Assembly (NCBI RefSeq): GCF_041248615.1
Contig: NZ_CP158426.1
Origin: Escherichia coli
GTDB taxonomy: Bacteria > Pseudomonadota > Gammaproteobacteria > Enterobacterales > Enterobacteriaceae
DNA length: 64,000 bases
Direction: 5' to 3' (one strand)
This document shows positions 25,863 through 35,333 of this stretch, piece by piece; position 1 is the stretch's first letter; each line of letters begins with the position of its first letter. The notes beneath the pieces are model-generated. The model made no database searches. It worked only from the letters and a program-made list of their open reading frames with translations, and was not told the origin of the DNA. Position numbers and translations under genes: made by a program.

Positions 25863-26870
25863 ATGTCGAAGACGAAAGTACTGTTCGCTTATTGCCATGA
25901 ACTCGGGCGCTGTTTGTCCATTGATGAAGCGCGAATGGAATTTTTTTCCAGAAAGCCGGAAGAAAGGAAGCGGTTCACTTTTTCATGTAGCGATCGCAAC
26001 TGTGATGTCACCATTAGCGGTGTTAACTATCACGTCAAAGCTGAAGATGGTGAGAAATTCAAGGCTGCGCACTTCCGTTCACCTCATCCTCACAAGTTCG
26101 GATGTGAATGGCTCGAATTCACCGAGGATGCGGATCAGGACCGGCGTCCAGACGAGTCAGAGGCTGATTTCACAGAACGAAAAGCAAAGCAAAAGCTGAC
26201 GGACTATATCAACTGCTTTGACCCTTCAATAGATGATCCTGATGGCGAACCATCCGATCCCGTGAAGCTTGTTACGCCTGTTCACACAAGAAAAACTGTC
26301 GGGGATGATGATAAAACGGGTACAAATGAAGAGCCCCGCTGGAGTCGCTACACGCGAACCAACCAGCTTCAGCGACTTATCGACACATGGCAGGAAGCGA
26401 AAGAAACGCTGCCTCAGGATGAGTTCCGGGCGTTGAGACTCAGGATCATGCACCATGATCAGGTCTATCTACATGAATATATAACGCATATACAGCGTGG
26501 ATTGGCTAATCCGTATTCGGGCGTCATCTATGGTGGTGGGACCCTAATGCATCGGTATGGTCGGGGTTTTCTGATTAATTTCTTTGATAAACATGAGGGG
26601 AAGCCTGTTCGCCTGTATGTCAGTAAAGATCTGATGGCGAAAGGACGGTTTGGTCATTATATCGATGAGATTCTGGACACTAAAAACGTCAGATATTTCC
26701 GTATATTTTTACTCAATCCGGTTGTTTCCGAACGGGAAAACAGCACAGGAAAAAGCGTTATCAACCTTGAAATATCAAAGCTGCGTCAACTGGCTATTTA
26801 CTACGAACTGAACTCCAGCAGAGAAGATGAATCTTCATCGGTGGAGACGGAGGGGGAAAGTCCGGCGTAG
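25863..26870 (+). CDS. hypothetical Cys/His-rich protein, encoded antisense to the T4SS operon
   Basis: 335-aa ORF with GGAGGGA upstream of the ATG. N-terminal C..C / CSDRNC / H..H..C pattern (possible zinc ribbon) and an acidic middle region. No family recognised. Confidence 0.6.
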   Translation: MSKTKVLFAYCHELGRCLSIDEARMEFFSRKPEERKRFTFSCSDRNCDVTISGVNYHVKAEDGEKFKAAHFRSPHPHKFGCEWLEFTEDADQDRRPDESEADFTERKAKQKLTDYINCFDPSIDDPDGEPSDPVKLVTPVHTRKTVGDDDKTGTNEEPRWSRYTRTNQLQRLIDTWQEAKETLPQDEFRALRLRIMHHDQVYLHEYITHIQRGLANPYSGVIYGGGTLMHRYGRGFLINFFDKHEGKPVRLYVSKDLMAKGRFGHYIDEILDTKNVRYFRIFLLNPVVSERENSTGKSVINLEISKLRQLAIYYELNSSREDESSSVETEGESPA

Positions 26871-27187
26871 CGGGCTAATGTTGTCACAAGAATGAGTATA
26901 TCGGTGACGTCAGGCAGCGATATCTGCTTATGTGCCAGCCGGATATCGTCCGGGGAAAAAGGCGGTGCATCCAAAGGGCCTTCACTGATGGTGATACAGA
27001 ACGGTTGCTCTTCTCCTGAGTCAATACTGAGTTCTATCAATGCGCCCCCGGCACGATAGCATGTCATGACTATTCTTCTGATTCCGGTAAGGTGTGACAG
27101 TAAGTCGTTGACGACAGCGTTGCTGAAATCGTCCCTTACGATGACGTCTGTCGCCGTAACACCAAACAAAAACTTTCGATTACTCAC
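26801..27187 (-). CDS. hypothetical protein translationally coupled to virB10
   Basis: 128-aa ORF. Its GTG start overlaps the virB10 stop (GTGAGTAA). Its last ~23 codons overlap the 3' end of the convergent 335-aa gene. Confidence 0.45.
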   Translation of the reverse strand: MSNRKFLFGVTATDVIVRDDFSNAVVNDLLSHLTGIRRIVMTCYRAGGALIELSIDSGEEQPFCITISEGPLDAPPFSPDDIRLAHKQISLPDVTDILILVTTLARYAGLSPSVSTDEDSSSLLEFSS

Positions 27188-28430
27188 TCTTCATCCTCAG
27201 CGTGTAGATGCCTGAAAAATCAATATCCTGCCCTGTGACCAGGTTGATGATTTCACCCTGATTTTTGTAGAGCGTCGGTGGGATATTAATGCTGTTTTCC
27301 AGCGTGGTACGTGCCATATCCGCCATAGCCTGACGGCTGTTTTCTGTATAGTCGGTATTCCGATCTTTCTGACCGGCGCTGTTGGATGCCCATGCCCCAA
27401 TATCAGGGATCATACCGACCAGTAATGCACCTCCAAATCGCTCCCTGAAATGCGAGTCTATCCAGCCATCAACGCCAGCCTCGCCCAGTTCTCCGGCAGC
27501 ATTCGTATCGACCAGCGGAATATCAAGGAAAGGGGGCTGGCGGGTACGCAGTTTCGTGATGATGATGAATGCGCGTCCCTGTCCATGCGTCATTCCTGTT
27601 TCTGCACCAGTCTGGTACATCCCCGTGGCGGTGGTCCCTTTTTCTATCAGCTTTGTATTACCGCTGGCGCTCCAGATGTCTTCGGCGATCGTGCAGCGGA
27701 TTTTTCCAGCCCGATCTGAGACAAAACGGTAATCCAGTGAGCAGGGAATAGCGGTATTTTCCGGCACGTACAGATCGGGATTATAAGGAATTCGCCGGAC
27801 CGCTGTCGGGGACTGTTCCGGCTGTGGCGACGAGGTGTTTAGCGGCTGACCGGTATCAGAATATTGTGTCTCTGACGGCTGTCTGGCTGAGGATGCCTGC
27901 GTCATTTCCTGATACCGGGTCCGTACCGGATTTCGTACCGCTGAACCTGAACCCTCCCGGCGCACCAGAAAACGGGCTTTATCTAAGTCGGGCAGAGCCT
28001 CCGATCCGTTGGGTGTCGTACTACCAGGGTTGTTGTCCGCCGGTTCTGGTGTTTTCGCGTCGATATAGTGCGTACCCAGATCGGTACGCTGTCGAGAATC
28101 GGTCCGATCTGTCGGGGCCACAGTTTCCTGAGGCTTTTCTTTACCTGGCTGCCAAAGAAGATTGTGGTATATCCAGTTACCCCCCCACGCCAGTGCAATC
28201 AGGGCAACGGCAGCGAATGCCAGAAAAGCGGTGGCTTTCCCCTGCTGGCGCTTTTTCAGTTTATTGACAGCCGGCTGTATTGGATCGTTATTGTCATCAT
28301 CCTGCCAGGTGTGAAGCACAGCTTCACGCTTTGCGCGGGCCTCGCGCTCAAGCGCAGCAATATCATCATCCTTCTGTGTCGGACAGGACCTGGATTCATC
28401 TGGCACAGGATGCAGATGTTCGTCATTCAT
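27180..28430 (-). CDS. virB10: VirB10 (TrbI family)
   Basis: N-terminal cytoplasmic region plus a single TM, a Pro-rich linker, and a C-terminal TrbI/VirB10 beta-barrel pattern. 416 aa. Confidence 0.85.
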   Translation of the reverse strand: MNDEHLHPVPDESRSCPTQKDDDIAALEREARAKREAVLHTWQDDDNNDPIQPAVNKLKKRQQGKATAFLAFAAVALIALAWGGNWIYHNLLWQPGKEKPQETVAPTDRTDSRQRTDLGTHYIDAKTPEPADNNPGSTTPNGSEALPDLDKARFLVRREGSGSAVRNPVRTRYQEMTQASSARQPSETQYSDTGQPLNTSSPQPEQSPTAVRRIPYNPDLYVPENTAIPCSLDYRFVSDRAGKIRCTIAEDIWSASGNTKLIEKGTTATGMYQTGAETGMTHGQGRAFIIITKLRTRQPPFLDIPLVDTNAAGELGEAGVDGWIDSHFRERFGGALLVGMIPDIGAWASNSAGQKDRNTDYTENSRQAMADMARTTLENSINIPPTLYKNQGEIINLVTGQDIDFSGIYTLRMKSE

Positions 28431-28449
28431 GTGTACAGTTCCTCAGCTG

Positions 28450-29349
28450 TTAATTGGTTGCGGTTTTTACCACTCGCTCAACTTGCGGGGAGACTGTGGC
28501 ACCATCTGCGACCTGAACCCTGCCGAAACCACGATTTTCCAGGCCGACCACAGCGCCACCGGAACGGAGGACCAGACGGGGGGTAACTTCCTGAATAACC
28601 AGTACGGTGAAGTTGCCTTTCCTGCGGACACTGCTGTTAACCACATGCTCCTGGCCGTTTAGCTCTTTTGTCAAAGAGGGAATGGATTTGGCTGGGGAGA
28701 AGCCCACGAACGTAAAGCGACCATCGTCATAGGCGAAGTCCGGAACGATACGTGTGCTATTGCTCCCCGGATATTTGAGATAGTCCCAGTTTCGTGGCGT
28801 CTGCGCGGCGTTAAGAGCCTGCTGGATATCGGCCTGCTGTTGTTTCTGCTCCCGTTCCCGCGCTTTGGTTGTGACTTCACGGCCCGATTTTTCGTGTGCT
28901 TCATCGGGATAGCGATAACTCACCTGAAAAGCAGGCTGCTGCGATGATTTTTCATCGATGACGTTTAGCTCGACGTTATACAGCCGCCGAGTGGTAACGA
29001 TTAGCATGTTGGTATGCCAGTCGTGACTGTTGGGAGGAATGACCACCTGCGCTGTATTACCGTCCACTCCGGGGGCACCCTGAATCAGGGCTACCGGGCG
29101 GATACTGACCCGGTTTGCGTCTGTTGTGGCTTCCCATGCGTCCTCAAAACCTGGTTTAGCACTGATAACCGCTTCGTCATTGTCAAAGATGAGCGTGGTT
29201 ACGAAACCGGGTCGGGTATTGACGACAGTGACGTTAAACGGGTTATAGACAACCTGCTGGAGACGGGCGTCGTAGCGGCTTGCTTGTGGTATTGCAGCAC
29301 CCCAGGCTATACCGCACATCGCCAGTGCGAAAAGGATGATAATTTTCAT
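28450..29349 (-). CDS. virB9: VirB9 (CagX/TrbG family)
   Basis: Signal peptide and a VirB9-like N-domain (YDARLQQVVYNP..V..V). Synteny between virB8 and virB10. Confidence 0.85.
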   Translation of the reverse strand: MKIIILFALAMCGIAWGAAIPQASRYDARLQQVVYNPFNVTVVNTRPGFVTTLIFDNDEAVISAKPGFEDAWEATTDANRVSIRPVALIQGAPGVDGNTAQVVIPPNSHDWHTNMLIVTTRRLYNVELNVIDEKSSQQPAFQVSYRYPDEAHEKSGREVTTKAREREQKQQQADIQQALNAAQTPRNWDYLKYPGSNSTRIVPDFAYDDGRFTFVGFSPAKSIPSLTKELNGQEHVVNSSVRRKGNFTVLVIQEVTPRLVLRSGGAVVGLENRGFGRVQVADGATVSPQVERVVKTATN

Positions 29350-30032
29350 TATTCAACTCCTCTGATTTCACGATCTGCCTGCCAACTTGTCACCGTAAAA
29401 CCGAACGGGTTAACTTCCCGCTCTGTATCGCTCATTTCCTTACTTGGGTCGGAGTGGAATGTCAGGTGGGCATCCCAGTATTCTGTACGCGTACTGCTAT
29501 CAGCGAGGCGGCGGATAGTTTTTTTGTAACGGAGGGTGGCGACTTTATCGGGGGCAGTGCCTTCGGTGATCTGATTAGACAGGATGTCGATATGTACGGT
29601 GTGGGCCTCATTCTGGTACACCTTATCCGGGGCGTCTTTTCCTGAATAAAGTGCCAGATAATCATCATTAACCTGAGGGCTGTTATAGACCTGTACCGTT
29701 GAATAATCGTCCTGTAGGGCAGGGTAAATGTAACGTTCACGCACTCTGACGTAACTTGAGGTCATCGCCTTCTGATAAGCTTCTTCCGCTGTCAGACTCG
29801 TTTGTGACGCTCGGGTGACGTGTTCCAACCGTCCGGTATGATTATCAACAGCATACAGCTCAATAACTGTCTGTTTCAGCGGTAATATCAGCACCACAGT
29901 GGTGAGTGCCAGTATGGCAATGAGTAAGCCCGCGCCACCAACCATAAATCCCGCCTTCGTGGCGCGTTTGTCCCGCTCAATCATTTTCTGCTCAAAGGTG
30001 CGGGAATCAGCAATGATTGACTGTTCACTCAT
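29349..30032 (-). CDS. virB8: VirB8
   Basis: 227 aa with a single N-terminal TM, then an NTF2-like periplasmic domain pattern. Its start overlaps the virB7 stop, and its stop abuts the virB9 start. Confidence 0.85.
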   Translation of the reverse strand: MSEQSIIADSRTFEQKMIERDKRATKAGFMVGGAGLLIAILALTTVVLILPLKQTVIELYAVDNHTGRLEHVTRASQTSLTAEEAYQKAMTSSYVRVRERYIYPALQDDYSTVQVYNSPQVNDDYLALYSGKDAPDKVYQNEAHTVHIDILSNQITEGTAPDKVATLRYKKTIRRLADSSTRTEYWDAHLTFHSDPSKEMSDTEREVNPFGFTVTSWQADREIRGVE

Positions 30033-30162
30033 GATTGTTTAACTCCGCCATCATCTGAGGCGTGTTTACCGGGATGCCATTCCCACTAAAGGCCAGGGGA
30101 TGGGGTGACTGTGCACAGCCGTAAAGCGCGCACAGTAAAATCAGCGCAATCAAGCGTTTCAT
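30025..30162 (-). CDS. virB7: VirB7-like small lipoprotein (not in the ORF track)
   Basis: My translation: MKRLIALILLCALYGCAQSPHPLAFSGNGIPVNTPQMMAELNNHE (45 aa). Lipobox LYGC. Its stop overlaps the virB8 ATG (ATGAGTGA). Confidence 0.6.
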   Translation of the reverse strand: MKRLIALILLCALYGCAQSPHPLAFSGNGIPVNTPQMMAELNNHE

Positions 30163-30245
30163 GGGATGTTTCCTCAGTGGGTTGGATAGAGGGTAGTGTT
30201 AGCGCCGGGGGGATTGACGGAAATAGTATGCAAGGGATGACAAGT

Positions 30246-31310
30246 TTAACGATGAAATTTCTGAACGGTTGTTTCTCTTGATTTTGCCAGCCGTCGGGCC
30301 TCGTTCCTGGCGATCATTTGCTCAATGGCATACTTACGTGCCTGAGCAGCTCTGTATCCCGGGCCGCTGCCGGGTTTATCTGTACTGGCATCTCTCCATC
30401 CCTGAAGATTGTCCTGAATTGCGCGGTTTGTCTGCTTCCCGGCTCCTGCGGCTAATTTCCCTGCACCAAACGCCGCTGCGCCTATACCCACGGCGGACAG
30501 TCCCTGCATGGAGACAGTCGCTCCCGCCCCGGCTAGTGCTCCGGCCAGTTTTGCGGAAAGGTATACCATTATTGCCGCGCAGACCCCGGCGAGACAGACC
30601 TGAGCGCCTAGCTCCACAATATTAGATTGTGCAGATATTTGTGTGGCAATATCTAAGCGGGAGTTTAAATAATTAACGACCACTCGTAGCGACAATGCAG
30701 AAAACAGAACCGTTAATATGGCTGCGAAAATATTTTGCAGCCAGTTGTTAAACATGGGACGTAAAAAGCCATACATGAGACAAAAGATGAAAACGGGGGC
30801 TGTGATGCTGAGCAGCAAAACCATGACCTCTGCGATCATTGCAACAAAGGCTGTAATAGTCATTAAAACGAATATCCCAAGCCACACATAAAATTGAGCT
30901 GTGATGCCCTCGTCTTTTATGTACGTTGAATTATCCATGTCGTGTAACGTTTTGCCTAATACCTTCGCTTTATCCCATAAGCTATCCAGTAGTTGCCATA
31001 TATTATCGTTGCCGGAAAAGCCGTCTTTTAAGCCATTGATAGCGTCAATGACCCCGTCGAGATAACCGCTGACATTGGCCACAAAGGACAGGATGATGGC
31101 CATTCTTATGATGTCCCACATGACGTCCTCCATGGGTGCGGACAACTTACCTGCCAGGCTCTGGTATCCACGCCACATGATATAAAGTGTCGCTGACGTT
31201 GCCGCCAGTCCCAGCATCATGGCGGAGTATGACATCATCAGTCCCTTTGTTGCGTCGGTGACTCCCCCTATCAGGTGTTTTTCAACACCGATAAATACAC
31301 CACCAGGCAT
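30246..31310 (-). CDS. virB6: VirB6 (TrbL/VirB6 family polytopic membrane protein)
   Basis: 354 aa with multiple TM helices and a Gly/Ala-rich C-terminal extension. Syntenic position. Confidence 0.8.
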   Translation of the reverse strand: MPGGVFIGVEKHLIGGVTDATKGLMMSYSAMMLGLAATSATLYIMWRGYQSLAGKLSAPMEDVMWDIIRMAIILSFVANVSGYLDGVIDAINGLKDGFSGNDNIWQLLDSLWDKAKVLGKTLHDMDNSTYIKDEGITAQFYVWLGIFVLMTITAFVAMIAEVMVLLLSITAPVFIFCLMYGFLRPMFNNWLQNIFAAILTVLFSALSLRVVVNYLNSRLDIATQISAQSNIVELGAQVCLAGVCAAIMVYLSAKLAGALAGAGATVSMQGLSAVGIGAAAFGAGKLAAGAGKQTNRAIQDNLQGWRDASTDKPGSGPGYRAAQARKYAIEQMIARNEARRLAKSRETTVQKFHR

Positions 31311-31320
31311 ATTAACCTCA

Positions 31321-31548
31321 CTATGAATTCAGGTTGGGAGTGGGGGCATTTAACTGTTGAATCTGAAAATGAGCTTCATTGGCATTTTTACAGTTTTCAG
31401 AGGCATCGCCGGTTTTCAGGCATTTTTCATATACTGTTTTCAGCTCATCGGGATGATCTTTGTACCACTGGGTAGTTTTGGTTTCGTCTCTGCAGCCGCA
31501 AATGATGAGGAATAAAATGGACAGGAACGAAAGGGTTAATAAACGCAT
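31321..31548 (-). CDS. entry-exclusion-type small lipoprotein (Eex/EexN-like) between virB5 and virB6
   Basis: 75 aa from the ATG at 31548, with AAGGAG 6 nt upstream. Lipobox ICGC. It occupies the same position as eex in pKM101-type clusters. W.K.HP.E and C...C motifs. Confidence 0.6.
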   Translation of the reverse strand: MRLLTLSFLSILFLIICGCRDETKTTQWYKDHPDELKTVYEKCLKTGDASENCKNANEAHFQIQQLNAPTPNLNS

Positions 31549-31559
31549 GTGAAACTCCT

Positions 31560-32267
31560 TTAACGGTTTAAATCGGAGGTTGGTGCAGTTAACTGCTGCT
31601 GGTTCCACTGTTTGAGACGCTCATCCTCCAGCACTTTCCCGCGTTTTTCTGCCGCCTTCACACTCATTTCCCATTGATCAGTGAGCGTGTTCAGCATCAC
31701 TGATTTCAACTGAATACTGTTGGCAAGGTCCAGCGACTCCTTTGAGTCTTTAGAGAGTGCAATCCGGTTTGAAAGATTATTGATCTCACCCAATGTTTGG
31801 CTGACCTGATCCTGGATCTCGTCAGTCTGCTCAAACTGAATTGCCTTATTGATAACCTGTTGTTTGCAGATATCGGCATAGCTTCCGGACTGCGCCGCGT
31901 TGCACGTATCGAAAACCCGGTACTTTGCGTATAGCGCATCGAACTGCCCGGCGATGCCACCAGAAAGTAGCAGGTCGTTGAGTGTCTGGCCCGGCTTACG
32001 CAGTTTTTCCAGATCTGATTTAAGACTCTTCGCCTGATCAACGAAATCAACAATATTCCGTACACCGGTGGCCGTTGCTAACTGGTCTTTATATGCCTGA
32101 ATTTGGCTCTCATAATGCTGCGCTGTTTGTATCCAGCGTTGTGCCTCTTTCAGCCATTCGAGCTCACGTAGTGGGTCAGCATCCACCAGAACAGGGATAC
32201 CTGCGTGTGCCATCGGGCTGATGATCACACACGCAATAATTAATGCATGAAAACGCCGTTTCATCAT
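31560..32267 (-). CDS. virB5: VirB5 (minor pilin / TraC family)
   Basis: 235 aa from MMKRRFHALII, with AGGAG upstream. Signal peptide and a helical VirB5-like body. The tracked ORF's extra 17 N-terminal codons overlap virB4. Confidence 0.7.
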   Translation of the reverse strand: MMKRRFHALIIACVIISPMAHAGIPVLVDADPLRELEWLKEAQRWIQTAQHYESQIQAYKDQLATATGVRNIVDFVDQAKSLKSDLEKLRKPGQTLNDLLLSGGIAGQFDALYAKYRVFDTCNAAQSGSYADICKQQVINKAIQFEQTDEIQDQVSQTLGEINNLSNRIALSKDSKESLDLANSIQLKSVMLNTLTDQWEMSVKAAEKRGKVLEDERLKQWNQQQLTAPTSDLNR

Positions 32268-32284
32268 GAATCTCCTGTGGATTT

Positions 32285-35029
32285 TCAGAGTGCCTGAGCC
32301 AGGTAAGTATCCAGCCATTCATGGGGCTGCATTCCTTCCCGGTAGAGAGAGTCGAAGATTTCCAGGTTGTCGGCGCTGCCGCTCATGACTTTTGTGTACC
32401 TGCCGATCCCGGAAAGATCGAGCGTCACACGTGCAGCAAAACGCTTTATGTCGCCACGTCTAAATTGATTTTTTACCACTACGTACTGACGGGCCTGAGG
32501 ATCCAGGGCTTTCACGACGTCGAACACTTCCGGCTCAAACTTCATTCCGTCGACATAGTGTTCCCTGTCAGCACTGGGGTTGGCTGCCAGGATCTGCGTG
32601 CCGCACTGCTCAATCACGGCAGGCGCAATTTCATCCCTGATGATCTCCGCCGGGGACTGTGTTCCAACAACCAGCATCCCGTTTAGCTTGCGGATAGTTT
32701 TCAGTCGGTTATAGGCGAAATCCTTAAAAACCGGATCCCGTAGCCATTTCCAGAACTCATCCATGAAGATAACCAGTCGACGTCCGTCGAGTAGGCTGGT
32801 AATGCGGTACAGCAGATAAAAGGAGATCGGTGCGCAGATATTCGTATCGTCAAGAAACTCTGTGCCGTCAATGCCAAAGTTATCGCAGCGACTGATATCG
32901 AAGGTGTCTGATGCGTTATCAAACACCCAGCCAAACTCGCCACCCTGCGCCCACTGTGACAGGCGAATACTCAGGCCATTCTCCTGGGCTTCTCGGGTCG
33001 CAGGCTCCGGAAGATTCTCCAGTAAACGGGTGATCCCATGAATACGGTACTGTGGTTCATTACCGATCACCGCCAGTATGGCATCATTTAGACGTCGTTC
33101 ATTGCGGGGCGTGATGGTCGCACCGTTACGCGTACACAGCAGTTTCATCAGCTGACTGATAAAACTGATATTGCGTTTCGTGGGCGATAGCGAAAATGGG
33201 TTCCACCCGGTGGGCTCTCCATGTGTAATACGGTAATAACGGCCTTGCAATGCCCGGATATTCATTTCAGCGCCACGATCCTTATCCAGATAAACGGTTG
33301 TCAGTCGTTTGGTTTTTGCGTCGGGAGAAAAACTCTCCGTACGGCTATATTTCTGCTGCATGTTTTCCAGAAACGTCATGAGCATGGTTTTACCCGAACC
33401 GTTGGTACCGAGAATGCAGGTACTGGCTGGATTCTTCTCGTTGAATTCATCCTTATCCGCCAGCGTATTGTGAAGGTTCAGATAGTATCCATCCCCTGAT
33501 GGGGCACGCAGTAAGGCCATCGCATCCCCCCAGGGCGCATTATCGCGCTTGCCGGGATAGAAATTGTGTAGCGAAGCCAGCTCGACAAAATTCTGACTGC
33601 TCAGCTCACCCTTGCGGGGCCGCAAATGATAATTGCCAGGCAGTTGCGCCATATACCCGGCTGAAAGAGAAAGCGCGGCGGGAACCGATATAATGCCGAG
33701 GTTGTTCAGGGCATTGCTGATTTCGCTGGTATCGGCTACCAGACTATCCAGCGTCTGGGAAAACACCATGATGGAAAAATGGTGTTTTCCATACGCAATT
33801 TTTCCCGATGTCAGCAGGTCAAGCGCCACATCCAGATCCAGCCGCTGAGACACCGCATCATCATCTGAACTCATTAACAGACGTCGGGTGCGTTTGATGG
33901 CCTTCCGGGCTTCTTCCCGTGACATGCAGGTGTAGGACTGTGTGATGACATAATCACAGGGGGCATAAAGCAGAGAATCCATCATTCCAGTTGCTGTTTC
34001 TTCAGGGAACTCTTTAACTTCCAGACCCCGGAAATACTGGGTGCCGCCGGTATGGTTTATCTGTCCAGACTCCCCGGAGAAAAACAGCGCCGCCGATCCC
34101 ATGACGGAATATGCAGGAGCACGGGTGACGCGGATCCTGCGCCATTGGTGCGTCAAGAGATACTCGTAAAAGGATAACTGGGAGGAGAATACCGCCTGTT
34201 CTTCGCTGAAAGTACCAAGAGAGTGTGCGGCGTAGCGTGACAGAGCGGTATCGAGGGTACCTTTAATTTCCAGCATCCCCTGCAACACACCGTCAAGCTC
34301 TTTCAGTTTCTGGCCGTCTTTCATACGCCGGTGTCCGGCTTTTTCCAGACTGGCAAAAGGGCGGTAGCAGGCAGTCAGGAACAAGCGGTTACGGCGAAAC
34401 GGGTTAGCCTCCAGCGAGGCATAATACAGACGGCTGACTTCATCAGCGTAAGGGTTGCCGGATACCTTATGTAGCGAATCGGTAAATGGCTCCCTTACGT
34501 TATGGATATAGAAGGTGACCGGCATCCCCTCGAAAGAGCGGATAATTCCGTGCAACTGGTTACGGTCAATATTGAGCGTTTCTTCTGATTCACAATCGAA
34601 CGGAGTGCCCGTCAGTTCCCAGGTACAGTAGAGGTCACTATTGGGTGAGCGGACGACATGTTGATGAATATGCGATGAATACGGAATGTATTTCCTGAGC
34701 GTGGCACTCTGATTCAATTTCATGACGTTGAGAAACTCCGTGATATCAACAGCATCATGCTCAATGGGCATAAATGCTGTTGCGCCAAATAGACGGTTTG
34801 CCGCAGGTTTTCCTCTTGCCCTGAGCCAGACGGCTATCAGGCTGAACCGCATGGGTTCATTCTTGGTAAGCGATTTCATCAGCAGAAATTCAATCGGGAG
34901 TAGGGCGAGGAAAGCGACGGAGGTCCAGACAGCAATGATGATGGTGATACCCGTGACAGCCAGTAGAGGCACCATCGGCACTCCCCATAGTGCCGCCGGA
35001 CGTCTCATTGCCTTAAGCAGCTTTGCCAT
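32285..35029 (-). CDS. virB4: VirB3-VirB4 fusion ATPase
   Basis: The N-terminal ~90 aa carry two TM helices (VirB3-like). Then a VirB4/CagE domain with Walker A GTNGSGKT and Walker B VIFMDEFW. 914 aa. Confidence 0.9.
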   Translation of the reverse strand: MAKLLKAMRRPAALWGVPMVPLLAVTGITIIIAVWTSVAFLALLPIEFLLMKSLTKNEPMRFSLIAVWLRARGKPAANRLFGATAFMPIEHDAVDITEFLNVMKLNQSATLRKYIPYSSHIHQHVVRSPNSDLYCTWELTGTPFDCESEETLNIDRNQLHGIIRSFEGMPVTFYIHNVREPFTDSLHKVSGNPYADEVSRLYYASLEANPFRRNRLFLTACYRPFASLEKAGHRRMKDGQKLKELDGVLQGMLEIKGTLDTALSRYAAHSLGTFSEEQAVFSSQLSFYEYLLTHQWRRIRVTRAPAYSVMGSAALFFSGESGQINHTGGTQYFRGLEVKEFPEETATGMMDSLLYAPCDYVITQSYTCMSREEARKAIKRTRRLLMSSDDDAVSQRLDLDVALDLLTSGKIAYGKHHFSIMVFSQTLDSLVADTSEISNALNNLGIISVPAALSLSAGYMAQLPGNYHLRPRKGELSSQNFVELASLHNFYPGKRDNAPWGDAMALLRAPSGDGYYLNLHNTLADKDEFNEKNPASTCILGTNGSGKTMLMTFLENMQQKYSRTESFSPDAKTKRLTTVYLDKDRGAEMNIRALQGRYYRITHGEPTGWNPFSLSPTKRNISFISQLMKLLCTRNGATITPRNERRLNDAILAVIGNEPQYRIHGITRLLENLPEPATREAQENGLSIRLSQWAQGGEFGWVFDNASDTFDISRCDNFGIDGTEFLDDTNICAPISFYLLYRITSLLDGRRLVIFMDEFWKWLRDPVFKDFAYNRLKTIRKLNGMLVVGTQSPAEIIRDEIAPAVIEQCGTQILAANPSADREHYVDGMKFEPEVFDVVKALDPQARQYVVVKNQFRRGDIKRFAARVTLDLSGIGRYTKVMSGSADNLEIFDSLYREGMQPHEWLDTYLAQAL

Positions 35030-35039
35030 AGATAACCTC

Positions 35040-35333
35040 TCAGCTCATCAGCAGTGCGCCGATTTCACTGCCTCCACCAATCAGGATGCCGCCAATGATG
35101 ATGTAGGCGCACTGGGACAGGCTTTCGCCTTTCCAGAGTGTCTTGTAACCTACCCAGATCACGGCCACGGTAATGGTGATGGCCGCCAGGCCATTAAGGC
35201 CGGTGGCGACTTTTTCCATCACGGTATTTGCGCGTTGAAAGCCATCGGCAAAAACCGGAGGTACAGAACAAACGATGAGTGCAAATGCGGAAACATGACT
35301 GAAAGCGGCCTTAAGTTTGCAGCAAAGTGTCAT
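35040..35333 (-). CDS. virB2: VirB2/TrbC-type pilin
   Basis: 97 aa with a long signal sequence, then two hydrophobic helices, which is typical pilin topology. Confidence 0.75.
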   Translation of the reverse strand: MTLCCKLKAAFSHVSAFALIVCSVPPVFADGFQRANTVMEKVATGLNGLAAITITVAVIWVGYKTLWKGESLSQCAYIIIGGILIGGGSEIGALLMS

